In this document: in pieces, positions 12,372 through 25,200 of the stretch
Position numbering within the stretch: position 1 is the stretch's first letter
Layout: each line of letters opens with the position of its first letter
NCBI RefSeq assembly: GCF_006345805.1
Contig: NC_043021.1
Span: 11,780,001-11,844,000 of the forward strand
DNA length: 64,000 nt
Direction of reading: 5' to 3'
Origin: Octopus sinensis
Taxonomy: Eukaryota
The notes under the pieces: generated by a model
What the model saw: only the letters and a program-made list of their open reading frames with translations
What the model was told of the DNA's origin: nothing
The model's database searches: none
Made by a program: the position numbers and the translations under genes

Positions 12372-12402
<31 letters not shown>

Positions 12403-12429
12403 TACGTGATCACATGACCGACGGCAAGT

Positions 12430-12825
12430 TGTAAGATGTGTAAGATGGAGCAATGCATGAAGTTTTAAGAAACTATCTATCTACCGTTACGTTACAAATA
12501 CCTTGCCTCGACGGGCAGGTTATGATCGATCCAAAAGCATGTGAAGTAAAGTTTGTGTTTGTGTCCTCTTCATTGTTAAGTAGTAATTACAGAAAGAGAT
12601 AGATATATCATTGAGAACAATAGATTTAGTTGGTGGTCTTGTTATCTCTGTTCTAGCTTTTGGTGAAGTAGAAGAGCTTAGAAAGGGTCAAGTAGTGACG
12701 ACATTATTTCGGCCTAGCTGAAGGCATCTGGAAAATGTAAAACTGCTGTCAGAGAAAAACCATTGTCCCACCGTGGGAACAGTTCTGTTGCAGCGTTAAT
12801 TTAAATTTGGCTATGGTAAATCGAC
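12430..12825 (+). repeat. Interspersed repeat, possibly LTR-derived
   Basis: Homologous to about 31085-31720 on the - strand; that copy is longer, contains TATATAAAGG and abuts a Gypsy pol fragment. Confidence 0.45.
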
Positions 12826-12854
12826 GACAACCTGCATGTATGTGTGTGTGTGAG

Positions 12855-13165
12855 GGCGCGTGGTTAGGGCATTCGGCTCACGATCGCAAGGTCGTGAGTT
12901 CAATTCCCAGTCACACGTTGTGTCTTTGAGCAAGGCATTTTCATTTCACGTTGCTCCAGTCCATTTAACTGGCAAAAATGAGCTGTACCTGTATTTCGAA
13001 GGGCCAGCCTTGTCACACTCTGTGTCACCGCTGAATCTCCCTGAGAATTACGTTAAGAATATACATGTCTGTGGAGTGCTCAGCCACTTGCACGTTACTT
13101 TCACGAGCAAGCTGTTCCGTTGATCGTATCAGCTGGGATCCTCATTATCGTAACCAACAGAGTGC
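12855..13165 (+). mobile_element. tRNA-derived SINE family C (CORE/Meta-like centre) carrying the family-B 3' tail
   Basis: Head GGCGCGTGGTTAGGGCATTCGGCTCACGATCG...GAGTTCAATTCCC; centre GTGTCTTTGAGCAAGGCA...GCTCCAGTCCA; tail shared with 32275-32640. Confidence 0.75.
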
Positions 13166-13204
13166 CAAAAAAATGTATAGGTACACAGTCCTATACATAC
13201 ATAC

Positions 13205-13370
13205 AGGCGCAGGAGTGGCTGTGTGGTAAGTAGCTTGTTTACCAACCACATGGTTCCGGGTTCAGTCCCACTGCGTGGCACCTTGGGCAAGTGTCTTCTA
13301 CTATAGCCTCGGGCCGACCAAAGCCTTGTGAGTGGAGTTGGTAGACAGAAACTGAAAGAAGCCTGTCGTA

Positions 13371-13401
<31 letters not shown>

Positions 13402-13616
13402 GCGTGTGTGTGTTTATGTATCTGTGTTTGTCCCCCTAGCATTGCTTGACAACCGATGCTGGTGTATTTATGTCCCCGTTACTTAGCGGTTCGGCAAAAG
13501 AGACCGATAGAATACGTACTGGGCTTACAAAGAATAAGTCCCGGTGTCGAGTTGCTCGATTAAAGGCGGTGCTCCAGCATGGCCGCAGTCAAATGACTGA
13601 AACAAGTAAAAGAGAG
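13205..13616 (+). mobile_element. SINE family A, full-length
   Basis: Complete from AGGCGCAGGAGTGGCTGTGTGG to GTAAAAGAGAG, with A-box-like and B-box-like (GGTTCAGTCCC) motifs. Confidence 0.9.
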
Positions 13617-13861
13617 ATACCTTTATTCTGATGATCTAAAATCCGAAAATTCCCCAAAACCGAATTTTTTTTCGCGAAAGATGTAACGTGTGATAAGTGA
13701 TAACAGGGGTCGTTTGGTTCGCAGACAGTTGACCATCGTGACGTCTGTTTTTGATGTCTAGTTTACAATCTGGGACAACTGACTTTTGTTCTAAAATTTG
13801 AAAAATTCAGAACACAATAGTCCGAAAAGATTCCGGATAAAGGATTGTGCACCTGTATATA

Positions 13862-14077
13862 TACACGAGGGTGTGCTGAAAAGTTCCTGGGTATAAGAGT
13901 GTCGCGAAAGGCCTTGTTGGAGGCCCAACCTCTCAAGTTCTTTTACAGGGCTTAGAAAAACTGAAGGACCGTTGCAATAAGTGTGTGAATCTGAGAGGGG
14001 AATATGTTGAATAAAATCATAATTAACTGATCCTCCTCTATTTTCTTTTACCCAAAGCCAGGGGCTTTTTAGCACAC
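13862..14077. mobile_element. Mariner-type non-autonomous element (MITE)
   Basis: TIR GAGGGTGTGCTGAAAAGTTCCTGG ... CCAGGGGCTTTTTAGCAC; related copy at about 20476-20691. Confidence 0.65.
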
Positions 14078-14469
14078 ACACACACCCATGTATGTGTGTG
14101 TGTGATCACTGCTTGGCAACCGGTGTTGGTTTGCTTACATCCCCGTAATTAAGCGATTCGGCAAAATATACATATAGACTAAGGGCTCACACGTAGGTAC
14201 TGAGGTGGATTGTTTCAACTAAAGTTCTTCCAGGTGCTTTCTCAGCATGGCCGCTGCGCAATGACTAAAACAAGTAAAAGATTAAAGATTAAAGATTAAA
14301 GATTTCAAAATCTACAACACTCTTGCAGACGTATTTCTGAGAAATATCAGTTAAAATTATGCATTTTAAAGAGAGCTTTAAGGAAACAAAGTCGGTGAAG
14401 GGTGACAATAATTTGACACGCGCTTAAAAGAATTAAAAAGAACTTCTTTTCCTTGAATCTCATAAATAT

Positions 14470-15432
14470 TTAATTCTCTATTGCCCACGGGGGGGCTAAC
14501 ATAGAGGGGACAAACAATGACAGACAAAGGGATTAAGTCGATTACATCGACATCAGTGCGTAACTGGTACTTATTTAATCGACCCCGAAAGGATGAAAGG
14601 CAAAGTCGACCTCGGCGGAATTTGAACTCAGAACGTAACAACAGACGAAATACCTATTTCTTTACTACCCACAAGGGGCTAAACACAGAGAGGACAAACA
14701 AGGAAAGACAAAGGGATTAAGTCGATTATATCGACATCAGTGCGTAACTGGTACTTATTTAATCGACCCCGAAAGGATGAAAGGCAAAGTCGACCTCGGC
14801 GGAATTTGAACTCAGAACATAACAACAGACGAAATACCTATTTCTTTACTACCCACAAGGGGCTAAACACAGAGAGGACAAACAAGGAAAGACAAAGGGA
14901 TTAAGTCGATTATATCGACCCCAGTGCGTAACTGGTACTTATTTAATCGACCCCGAAAGGATGAAAGGCAAAGTCGACCTCGGCGGAATTTGAACTCAGA
15001 ACGTAACAACAGACGAAGTACCTATTTCTTTACTACCCACAAGGGGCTAAACACAGAGAGGACAAACAAGGGAAGACAAAGGGATTAAGTCGATTATATC
15101 GACCCCAGTGCGTAACTGGTACTTATTTAATCGACCCCGAAAGGATGAAAGGCAAAGTCGACCTCGGCGGAATTTGAACTCAGAACGTAACAACAGACGA
15201 AATACCTATTTCTTTACTACCCACAAGGGGCTAAACACAGAGAGGACAAACAAGGAAAGACAAAGGGATTAAGTCGATTATAATGACCCCAGTGCGTAAC
15301 TGGTACTTATTTAATCGACCCCGAAAGGATGAAAGGCAAAGTCGACCTCAGCGGAATTTGAACTCAGAACGTAGCGGCAGGCGAAATACCGCTAAGCATT
15401 TCGCTCGGCGCGCTAACGATTCTGCCAGCTCT
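14470..15432 (-). mobile_element. SINE family E chain: one head plus five body/tail-1 units with a 184-bp period
   Basis: Junctions at 14654/5, 14838/9, 15022/3, 15206/7 and head junction at 15390/1; A-box TGGCAGAATCGTTAG and B-box GAGTTCAAATTCC on the - strand. Confidence 0.9.
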
Positions 15433-15560
15433 ATCGTGATCTATACTCTCCAAGACATATCCCTGCATATTTTCATTTAAAAATATACAGTTTTCAGAAA
15501 GTTATTCAGAAACAAATTCGCTGGGGTACTAATCTGTAGCCATACCTTAATTTTTTTTCC

Positions 15561-16007
15561 GGCAATCTTTCGTCTCTAGTAGACCTTTCCGTCGATTTCC
15601 GTAAAAATATTTTTTTTTTTACATATGGGCTTGCGGGGAACTTTTGTAGTAATGAGAGCGAAAGAGACTAAGAGAAGGCGATTGTATGAGGAGGGAAATT
15701 CTTTTGAAGTTACCCTGCATGGGAAGCATTAATGTACATGTGTGTGTGTGTGTGTGTGTGTGCGTGTGTGTGTATGTGTTTGATGGGGTGTGGGAGACAG
15801 ACAGTATGTTGTGTAAGTGAAGTGCTTCTGTTAGTGTGTGTGAAGAGACAGAGTAATGTGTGAAAGAAAGAGATAACTGAAATTTTTTACTCGGTGTATG
15901 TGTATATGTATGTATATTACTTCAAAAGTTCCCGCAAGCCCATATGTAAAAAAAAAAAAAACTTTACGGAAATCGACGGAAAGGTCTACTAGAGACGAAA
16001 GATCGCC
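15561..16007. mobile_element. MITE with GG-starting TIRs and an approximate 8-bp TSD (Merlin- or hAT-like)
   Basis: TIR GGCAATCTTTCGTCTCTAGTAGACC / GGTCTACTAGAGACGAAAGATCGCC; second copy at 39886-40289 with flanks TTGTTTTC / TTGATTTC. Confidence 0.75.
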
Positions 16008-16473
16008 TTTTTTTCTTTCGTAATTTATCTAACATTTCACTATGAAGTCGTGATCCCTTTCTAAATCTGAAGCAGTTGCGCAATGCGGGTGTTGCGCAAC
16101 ATATATTTTTATCCGGTTAATACTACTGACACTGCCACCGATTACATTGTTGAACGTTGTTACTGCATCAATTTCAATGTAGAACGTTATTATATCTGTC
16201 ACTGCACCGATTACAATGTAGAACGTTGACCCCTTTCTTTTTCAGAAGCCAACAGAATATGGCTGACGTTATTTCAGATGTGCGTTGATCGGAATTCTGG
16301 TTTAAGCACTCCATACAACCCTTCATAACTTTTTTGGGTTTTATGAAATTTTCAGAAACTTTTTACGAATTTGTGTTTTACACACGGGATTTCACAAAAA
16401 AATTTGGTGTGTGTGCGTGATTTAAGGACGATTTGGCTGTCGTTTTTAGCACATCTCACGACCACTTGATACC

Positions 16474-17074
16474 TATTTCTTTACAACCCACAAGGGGCTA
16501 AACACAGAGAGGACAAAGAAGGACAGACAAACGGATTAAGTCGATTATATCGACCCCAGTGTGTAACTGGTATTTATTTAATCGACCCCAAAAGGATGAA
16601 AGGCAAAGTCGACCTCGGCGAAATTTGAACTCAGAACGTAACGGCAGACGAAGTACCTATTTCTTTACTACCCACAAGTGGCTAAACACAGAGGGAACAA
16701 ACAAGGACAGATATAGGTATTAAGCCGATTACATCGACCCCAGTGCGTAACTGGTACTTAATTGATCGACCCCGAAAGGATGAAAGGCAAAGTCGACCCC
16801 GGCGGAATTTGAACTCAGAACGTAACGGCAGACGAAGTACCTATTTCTTTACTACCCACAAGGGGCTAAACATAGAGGGGACAAACAAGGACAGATATAG
16901 GTATTAAGCCGATTACATCGACCCCAGTGTGTAACTGGTACTTAATTGATCGACCCCGAAAGGATGAAAGGCAAAGTCGACCCCGGCGGAATTTGAACTC
17001 AGAACATAACGGCAGACGAAATACCGCTAAGCATTTCGTCCAGTGCGCTAATGATTCTGCCAGCTTGCCACCTT
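16474..17074 (-). mobile_element. SINE family E chain: head plus three units, 184-bp period
   Basis: Junctions at 16657/8 and 16841/2, head junction at 17025/6. Confidence 0.9.
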
Positions 17075-19321
17075 AGATTCTGCCAGCTTGCCACCTTGAT
17101 AACCCTCCTGGTTTCTTCGTCACCTTGACATATGTATTGGACGTTTTTCAATAAACACATTTAATGGAATGTTGATTCACCCAACGGTGGTTCATTGGTG
17201 GCATTTAAGCAAAAAATTCGGACAGTCCGTATTTTAAATTCTGATTTTAAAAAATAAATCGAAAAAGAGTGGAACTTTTAGAATTTATTGCGGGGGGAGC
17301 GGAGTTTTAAGAAATAAAACTTTTTTTCCAACTCGTATGAATTCCTGTGTGTCGAACACAAATTCGCAGAAAGTTTCTGAAAATTCAAAAGAAAAAGAAA
17401 GTAATGAGGTTTAAGTACCTCATAACACCCCCACACACTTTCTGTTTGCCTGCCTCACGTTTGCACAAACACACACTATATATATATATCTCTTTCTTTC
17501 TTTCTCTCTCTGTCCATTTGTCTCTAACCGTAAAAGTACGTCGCACCATATTTTTCCCACGTTAACAAAGAACAAATCATTTAAATGCTGCTATTTCGCT
17601 GAACTCAATTCGCAAGACGTTCCTGAGACAGTGAGACGTTCTGACTAAAATCATCAAAACCCAATCACTGACTCAGGTAAATGTTATTCTCATAATTATT
17701 TTAATTAATTAGAACTCATGTAAACATAAGTACACTGTTATATTTAACTTTGTGGTATTTTTCAATTAGTATTTTTTGCATACTATCAACTGTAAAAAAA
17801 CACTTTCTAGTGTTTGCACTTACAAAAAATAATATGAATTATTCTGTTGTGTCTGGGGAGAGTTGTTCTCTTTTTAGTGCCTTATAATTCAACACACTCA
17901 CCGGTAAAATTTCCCCTTGTTTCTTTTTTATTTTTCTAAAATTTTCGTTGCGTCTTGCAACCTTTTCAATAGTTTTAACTCTCCCCCCCCCCTCAGACAC
18001 AACAGAATATGCTTTAACACACAAACTCACATACATAATCTTGCAAACCAGATCTAAAAACGAAATATAAATTATAAAAACTCACAAAACCCGTTTGATT
18101 CACTTTGAAATTTAAATTTAATTTGCCAAAATATTTTCGTTGCTTTGAGACTGCGACCTGTTCACAAAATTCCATGCTAATAGGTCGCGCTCTTAAGGTG
18201 ACGAAAGTATTTTGACAAATTAAATTTAAATGTTGAAGTGAACCTAATGGTTTTTTGGGTGTTTTTGAATGACTTATAAACACCTTCTATGCTGCAATTG
18301 TTTTTGCTTCAGCACACAATCTCAGATCAGGTCACTTGCTATGCAAGTATATCTCCGTAATATAAATTACAGTTTTGTGAAAACTATGTTAAAACTATTT
18401 TACAGAAATTTAAAGAATGCAAATGTTCAGCTAATGATACAAAATCTTCGGTAGTTTACAGTGAATTTCCAATTTTCAAATTAAATTCAATATTTGTAAA
18501 TCATTCTTACAGTTGTATAATTTATTGGTTATTTTTCACTGAACTTCAGTTTTTTTAAAGTTTTGACAGTGAGAAATGGCTCTGCCCATGCCTCTTTATA
18601 TTTCCAGAGTCTCTGAGACTGGTGGGTAGGAGGAAATTTTTTCAAATGGGAAGGGACTAGCTTCAATACTTACAAAACAGAAATTCACCAGGACATACCT
18701 CCCTCCCTGAGGGGTTCTTGTTCACGTTATACAGAGAGTGTTGCACTAAATTGTGACAATTTCCATATATATAAAATTTTTGTTGCGTCTTGCAACCTTT
18801 TCAACAGTTATAACTCTCCCCCCCAGACACAACAGAATATGCTTTAACACAGAAACTCACATACAGAATCTTGCAAACCAAATCTAAATACGAAATATAA
18901 ATTATAAAAACTCACAAAACCCGTTTGATTCACTTTGAAATTTAAATTTAATTTGCCAAAATATTTTCGTTGCTTCAAGACTGCGACCTGTTCACAAAAT
19001 TCCGTGCTGGTCATGGTTTTGTAGTCTTCATGGCAACTACCCAGCAGTGGTTCCCGATATGAGGCATTTCACCCCACTGAAACATCTTAGATAAGAAAGA
19101 TTATGGTGAAGTCATTGCTAAGCTGCCATTGGAATACTAGCTAAGAATTAACTTAAAGTACACTAGAAGCACTCCTTAAATATTTAAACATATTTTTCTC
19201 TCACCACATTTTTATCCAATATTTATTCATTTTTATCCAGCACCTGCTGTGCTTGAGGAGACCTATTGAGTCAAGTACATCAACATCAAAATAAATATCA
19301 AATGGGAATTGTAGCTGTGAT

Positions 19322-19698
19322 ACCTGTGCCAGTGGCACATAAAAAGCACCATCCGAACATGGCCGATGCCAGCGCCGCCTTGACTGGCTTCTGTGCCGGT
19401 GGCACGTAAAAAGCACCATCCGAACGTGGCTGATGCCAGCGCAGCCGCCTTGACTGGCCTCTGTGCCGGTGGCACGTAAAAAGCACCAACCGATCATGGC
19501 CGATGCCAGCCTCCCCTGGCACGTAAAAAGCAACCAATACACTCACGGAGTGGTTGGCATTAGGAAGGGCATCCAGCTGTAGAAACACTACCAGATCAGA
19601 CTGGACCCTGGTGCAGCCTCCTGGCTTCCCAGACCCCAGTCGAACCGTCCAACCCATGCTAGCACAGAAAACGGACGTTAAACGATGATGATGATGAT
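19322..19698 (+). mobile_element. SINE-like family D with internal about 65-bp tandem subrepeat
   Basis: Repeated GTGCCGGTGGCACGTAAAAAGCACC...GATGCCAGC units followed by the family D core and a GAT tail. Confidence 0.75.
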
Positions 19699-20235
19699 AA
19701 CATTTTAATATAGAATGCATTAAAAATGTCTTCTCACAATCCTGAATGTTATTTATCAGATTTATGTCTTTGAGAATTAATTCATACACTCTGGTCTGTT
19801 ACAAACGAATGGGGGAGTCTATAAACTGCAGCACAACCGAAACATCTTAGATAAAAAAGATTATGAGAAAGCATGCCCGAGTGGGGGTGGGGGTTCGGTC
19901 TTATCAACTGGCTTTCTCCCCCAAAATTCCAAGCCTTGTGCCTATAAGTAGAAAAGGCTATTTCTACTTTATGACTTGTTTGACATTGTGAAAAACAAAC
20001 ATTGCACACATCTACATTTTCTGTCACTGTCTCTCTCCCTCCTTCTCTCTCTCTTTCTCTCTCTCTCTCCTCCGAACGTCCATAAGCACGTCTTATGAAG
20101 ATTTGACCTACATATTTCATAGTATACCAGAAAATATCTCGCCCAATTAGTTAGTCAACTTATCCCTGTCTATGAACAACATGCACGCACACTTTTCAAA
20201 TATTACTCATTGCTTTCTTATCAGTTTTCTCACTT

Positions 20236-20462
20236 TTAACCCTTTAGTGTTCGTATTATTCTGCCAAAATTAATGCTTTTTTATCCACATTGTTTTGAAC
20301 TAATCGTGCATTATCTTGTGGCTTTGAGATTTTGATGATGCAACTTAATCTTTAAAACGATATTGTAGGGTTGGTGTGAGAGACCAGATCTGGCCAGTTT
20401 GAACATAAAACAGGCAGAATACTTTTGGCCAGATATGGCCGGTTTAAATGCTAAAGGGTTAA
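20236..20462. mobile_element. piggyBac-type MITE
   Basis: TTAA-CCCTTTAG ... CTAAAGGG-TTAA ends; second complete copy at 53877-54104 and fragments near 58130-58400. Confidence 0.8.
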
Positions 20463-20701
20463 ACAGCTGTCACTATAGGATGGGGTGCTGAAAAGTTCCT
20501 GGCTTTGAGTAAACTAAAATAGAGGAGGATCAGTTAATTATGACTTTATGCAATATATTCTCCTCTCAGATTCACATAATTATTGCAGCGATCCTTCAGT
20601 TTTTCTAAGCCCTGTAAAAGAACTTGGAAGTTTGGGTCTCCAACCATTTGCCTTTTGTGATGCCCTTAAAGTCAGCAACTTTTCAGCACCCATTTGTGTG
20701 A

Positions 20702-20836
20702 GTCATTCGGAGTTTCCTTTCCTCAGTTGAGTTCCGGATTATCTTTGCAATTTCGGCTGGTTATACTTCGAGTATAACCAGCCGAAATTGCAAAGATAAT
20801 CCGGAACTCAACTGAGGAAAGAAAACTCCGAATGAC
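20702..20836. repeat. 66-bp-arm hairpin palindrome heading a repeat related to the 775-bp unit
   Basis: Arms 20702-20767 and 20771-20836 with one mismatch and a TCG loop; shares CAGCCGAAATTGC...CCGTCC with the 9750 repeat. Confidence 0.85.
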
Positions 20837-21411
20837 CCGTCCTTGTTTTCTTTGTATTGTCTGTCTGGATGTTTTGTTGTCCCTTTTTTGTATCACCTGA
20901 CTGTCTGGATGTTTTGCGTTCTTGTCCCATTTTTGTATTTTATGTGTGTGTGTTTGTATGTGTGTGTATTTGTCTCTGTTTGTCATACCATCACTACTTG
21001 AAGAACTGACCATTGGTGGTGAAGAATGTAGCAGGGATTTCTTTAGGAAGTCTTTGTAACTCTTCTTTGGTGCTCCTCGATCACAGTAACCAAGTGGATG
21101 TATTAATATTTATGCTGTATAGTATTATAGATCCATTCGTTGTTTAAATTTATGTGCAATAATTCAGTTATACTTCTACAATACCAAACATTCATGTGTG
21201 CGTGCACGCTCACACACATACACTCACACACACACACATATGTACACACTATTTGTAGTTATTTATAAACAGGAGAGGTAAACAATGTGAATACAAATCG
21301 GACAGGGTTGAAGGGTGGATGGCAGCGGCTGAGGATGGCAAATGATGCCTGGGCTGAAGAGCTTGAGGAATGCAAGAAGAAACCAGTAACAGCATAGGAA
21401 TAGTGATGCTC

Positions 21412-21706
21412 CTCCTTCACGAGCCACGCCTGGCTCATAAGGGCCGGTTTCCTGGTTTCCTTGGCATATAGGTTCCCCGCCTGGACAGGACGCCGATCCG
21501 TCGCAGGTGAGCTTCAAGATGCAGGAGGAAAGAGTGAGAGAAAGTTGTGGCGAAAGAGTCAGCAGAGGTCTGCCATTACCTTCTGCCGGAGCCATGTGGA
21601 GCGTAGGTGTTTCGCTCATAAATACACACATCACCCGGTCTGAGATTCAAACCCGCGATCCCTCGACTGCGAGTCCGCTGCTCTAACCACTAGGCCATGA
21701 GCCTCT
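21412..21706 (-). mobile_element. SINE family B head with Nin/Deu-like 3' domain
   Basis: Tail CACCTGCGACGGATCGGCGTCCTGTCCAGG...GGAAACCGGCCCTTATGAGCCAGGC resembles the Nin/Deu SINE domain; + strand copies at 28456-28751 and (family C head) 28895-29140. Confidence 0.7.
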
Positions 21707-22208
21707 ACAATAGTGATGCATTTGAATGGAGAGGGCAAGGGAGAGATTATGTGTTTGGGCAGGCCACAGGAAAAGGAGAGAGAGAGAGAGAGATAGTGTA
21801 CAAGAAGAGAATTCAGTGATCTATTCGGGGGATGGAAGAGATCAGAGTCAAGTGTGAGTGCAAAGAACAATCTTAATGGATCAGAAATATTTTTGATTAA
21901 ATGCGTATTTCAATTTTAATTGTTTGAAACAATGAAGTTTTGAGAAGCTAATATTTTAACGGAAATAATGGATGTTGTTTTGGATTTCATTTCAGGTTGT
22001 GTATGAAATTAGTAATTGTCCTACTCATGCCAGCATGGAAAGCAGTTGTTAAATGTTGATGACGATGATGAAGCAGTGATAAATTTCATTTGAAAGATGA
22101 GAAGGAAACAAAAAACCTAAAGCAAGAAAAAAAAAAAAAATATATATATATATATATTATATATATATATATAGTTCATATAAAAAAAAGTTACTAAACA
22201 TTTCAAAA

Positions 22209-25200
22209 ATGCCGAAGTTTAACGAAGAAAACAAAATGTTGGCTATCGACATTCCTTCTAAAGAACATAACATGTTAATTAGTGCTAAAGCATTTAACGA
22301 GGTGTCAATTCTTGGTAAAGTGAGTAATGAAGGCAGCGCTAAGAAAGCTGATGAAGAACAGAAACTAAAGAAACAATCTCTTTATCATATCATCACATGT
22401 ACTCGAACATTAGTTAAAGGCCAGTACATTGATAAGTTTATAGACTTTGTAAAGGAGAAGTGTAATGACATACAAAGTATGGGGTTAGACAGATATTTTT
22501 TCTTAAAAAATATCAAACGTGAAATGAAACACTTTCTGGAATATACTAAAGAAAACAATGAGTTAATTCTCCAGAACCTTGACTGGTTTCATGGGCGACT
22601 GTTTGACATATACACGGCCAGCAATCCCTACACCCACAAGAGCATCACAATGCCGAAGCCATTGATTAAATTTCGCCCTCTTTCATCAGTTGAGTGCAAG
22701 AAATTAAAGTTTGAAGTTTCTGGGGAAGACACTCTCAACTTTATATCAAATGTTGTCCCAACCAATGGTGGAATAGTAACATATTCATCACATATGATGA
22801 CAATATGTTATGCCACAACCGATGGTAGTTCCAATGTTGTACGTTGTTCTTCTTCTATCACAGACATGGACAGAATTGGTGAAGACTCTGTGTTGGCCAC
22901 AATTCCATTTAAGAAGAAAATTCTTGTTATTAGCCCTACAAGTTGTCATATGAAAACACTGGATTATGGTTTCCATAAGATTTCTTATTTCAAAGAATCT
23001 ACCTTTCTAGGTACTGAACTATTCGATAAGATAATATATATCGTAGATTGGGATGAAAATCAAGTCAAAGAAAAATTTAGCCTGAAACACATACCTACAA
23101 ATATAGTTGTGGGTCCACAGTATCACATCTTAGTGACATCAGCAAATATAAACATAATTAGTTGTTACGATCTAGATGGCAGACAACTGTTTCATGTGAG
23201 TACCCAATCTACTGACATTCAAATAGACCTCACTGTGTATCAAAACTATTTTTATGCCATACAAGGAAATATCATCTACAAGATTTCATCTACTGGTGCC
23301 ATGTCACAGAGAGAACTTAAGATAAAAGCTCGATATATTTCTGTGTGTACAAATAATGTTCTTTTGGTTGATTATGCTGGTGTTGTACATACCATAAGGA
23401 CAGATAGAAATTTTTGGCCTCAGTTTTCTAACCACCAACAAGAATGCATTCCCTGTTTGAAAAACCAAATTTACATTGATGACCCTTACAACATTAGAAA
23501 GATTCTGCCCATGTCAGCCTCTTCAGTATTAATTATATATGAGGATCTAAAAGTTATGTTAATCATTGACGAAGGGCAACAGTTTCGTAAAATATTTTTA
23601 ACATTTGAGAGTGAACCGTCTGTCTTTTGTAGAGTAGACTCAAATAGATTTCTTGTCCTGTTTCGTGAAGACCGTAAACTTCAATATATTACATGCCCCC
23701 AACTAACTGAAGGGCATTTAATAGGCATCAGTAGTGATTATAGTCAAATATGCCATATAGTATCAAATAGGTGTTTAGCTCTGACCACTAGTGAAAACAA
23801 AGTGGAGGTACATATCTTATTGATTAAGGAGGAAAATGTTGAGACTATAAACAGAATTTCATTGGAACATGGTGATGTCGTCATTGCTGCGACTCCAATT
23901 AATTTTGTAGTTGCAGACAAGAGGGAACATAGACTATTATTTTTTTCAAGTTCTGGTGAAAAACTTTTTAAAAGACTCATTGATTTCAATGGCTATCCTG
24001 ATTATATTTTTGCAGACAAGTTATACTTTTATGTTATCTTCAGAAGAGAGTCTATGATGGCATGTTACAATATAACTGGAGAAATGAAATGGCTGCTGAA
24101 ACTTCCTTCAAATTTTTGCTTTGACAGCGCTGTTTTCCAAGGAACTGTTTACGTACTGGATTTGCAACTGAGTAGGGTTCTTCTTCACAAATATCATAAT
24201 GTATCCAGCTGTTATTCAAACTTTGAAAACCCTTACGTTAGAAATTTAGATATACGACTTGAAGAAAATAAAAAAATTCTTATTGCTGGAACTTATCATC
24301 TCTCAAATGGACAGTTGGTGGTGTTTGACATCAACAACAACTGCTTGTTATACATTTGTAATGAAGGAGATATTGTAGCTACGTTACCTTTGCCGTCTGT
24401 TGCAACAGACATATGCCAATGGGATTGTAATCAAATAGGTGTCACATTACCCCTCGAGAAACAATTACGGCTTATAGGAAACCTGTCAAAGAAAGTTAGA
24501 ATTGTAGCATTAAGCCACCCTTATGTAAAGGTGCGTAAGCTGGGTGAAGGTCAGATTGTCTGTTATTGTGATAAACCCTCACATTTAGACATTGTATCGA
24601 TTGAAAACCACAACCAAGGGAAAGTAATCTCTACAATCACTATTCCTTTTGTACTTAAGTCATTAGCAGTGGAAAATGAAACGCAAAATGTATTGATTGT
24701 GGCTAAGGAAAAAGTATTTCTTTACAAGACTACTACTACTACTAAGAGGAGGAGGAGGAGAATTAAAAAGAAGAGAAGCATGATCCCGAGTGTTTTACTG
24801 TCCCAAGTCAAACCTCCACCCATTCTCTATGGTGGATGTATTGATAATATGTTTGTTTATCTGATAGACAACAGTCATGTGTTTGCTATAAATGAGCATA
24901 ACTTGGTGGAGAGAGATCATGTGGCAAACGATCAGCTTAACATGCACATTGACTTGGTAGATGTATTTTCTAGAAACATTTGTGTTAGTGAAATGTTTTC
25001 TTCAACGGTACATGTAGAGGATCTGACAGTTTCTGATAAACCTCATTATTTGGCCTATCCTCAACGTTCCCAAGGCATAGAAAAGCTAGTGTACAAGAAT
25101 TTGGTTATTACTGAAAATAACTTGATTGCAATATTTGACGACAGTGAGGCAAACATTAAGATATTAACATTTGACGGTCATCTTGTTGACTCTGTCAAAA

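Larger units (their letters stand above)
11932..12375. repeat. Near-perfect 444-bp palindrome (fold-back) of a Penelope-like terminal repeat
   Basis: Arms 11932-12149 and 12160-12375 differ at about 3 positions, with a 10-nt spacer AAGTCGACAA; a single-arm homologue lies at about 60900-61135. Confidence 0.9.

Noticed and set aside
14470-15432. Regularly spaced repeats that superficially resemble a CRISPR array
   Set aside because: Units are wholly repeated SINE bodies with no unique spacers; eukaryotic context and no cas genes.
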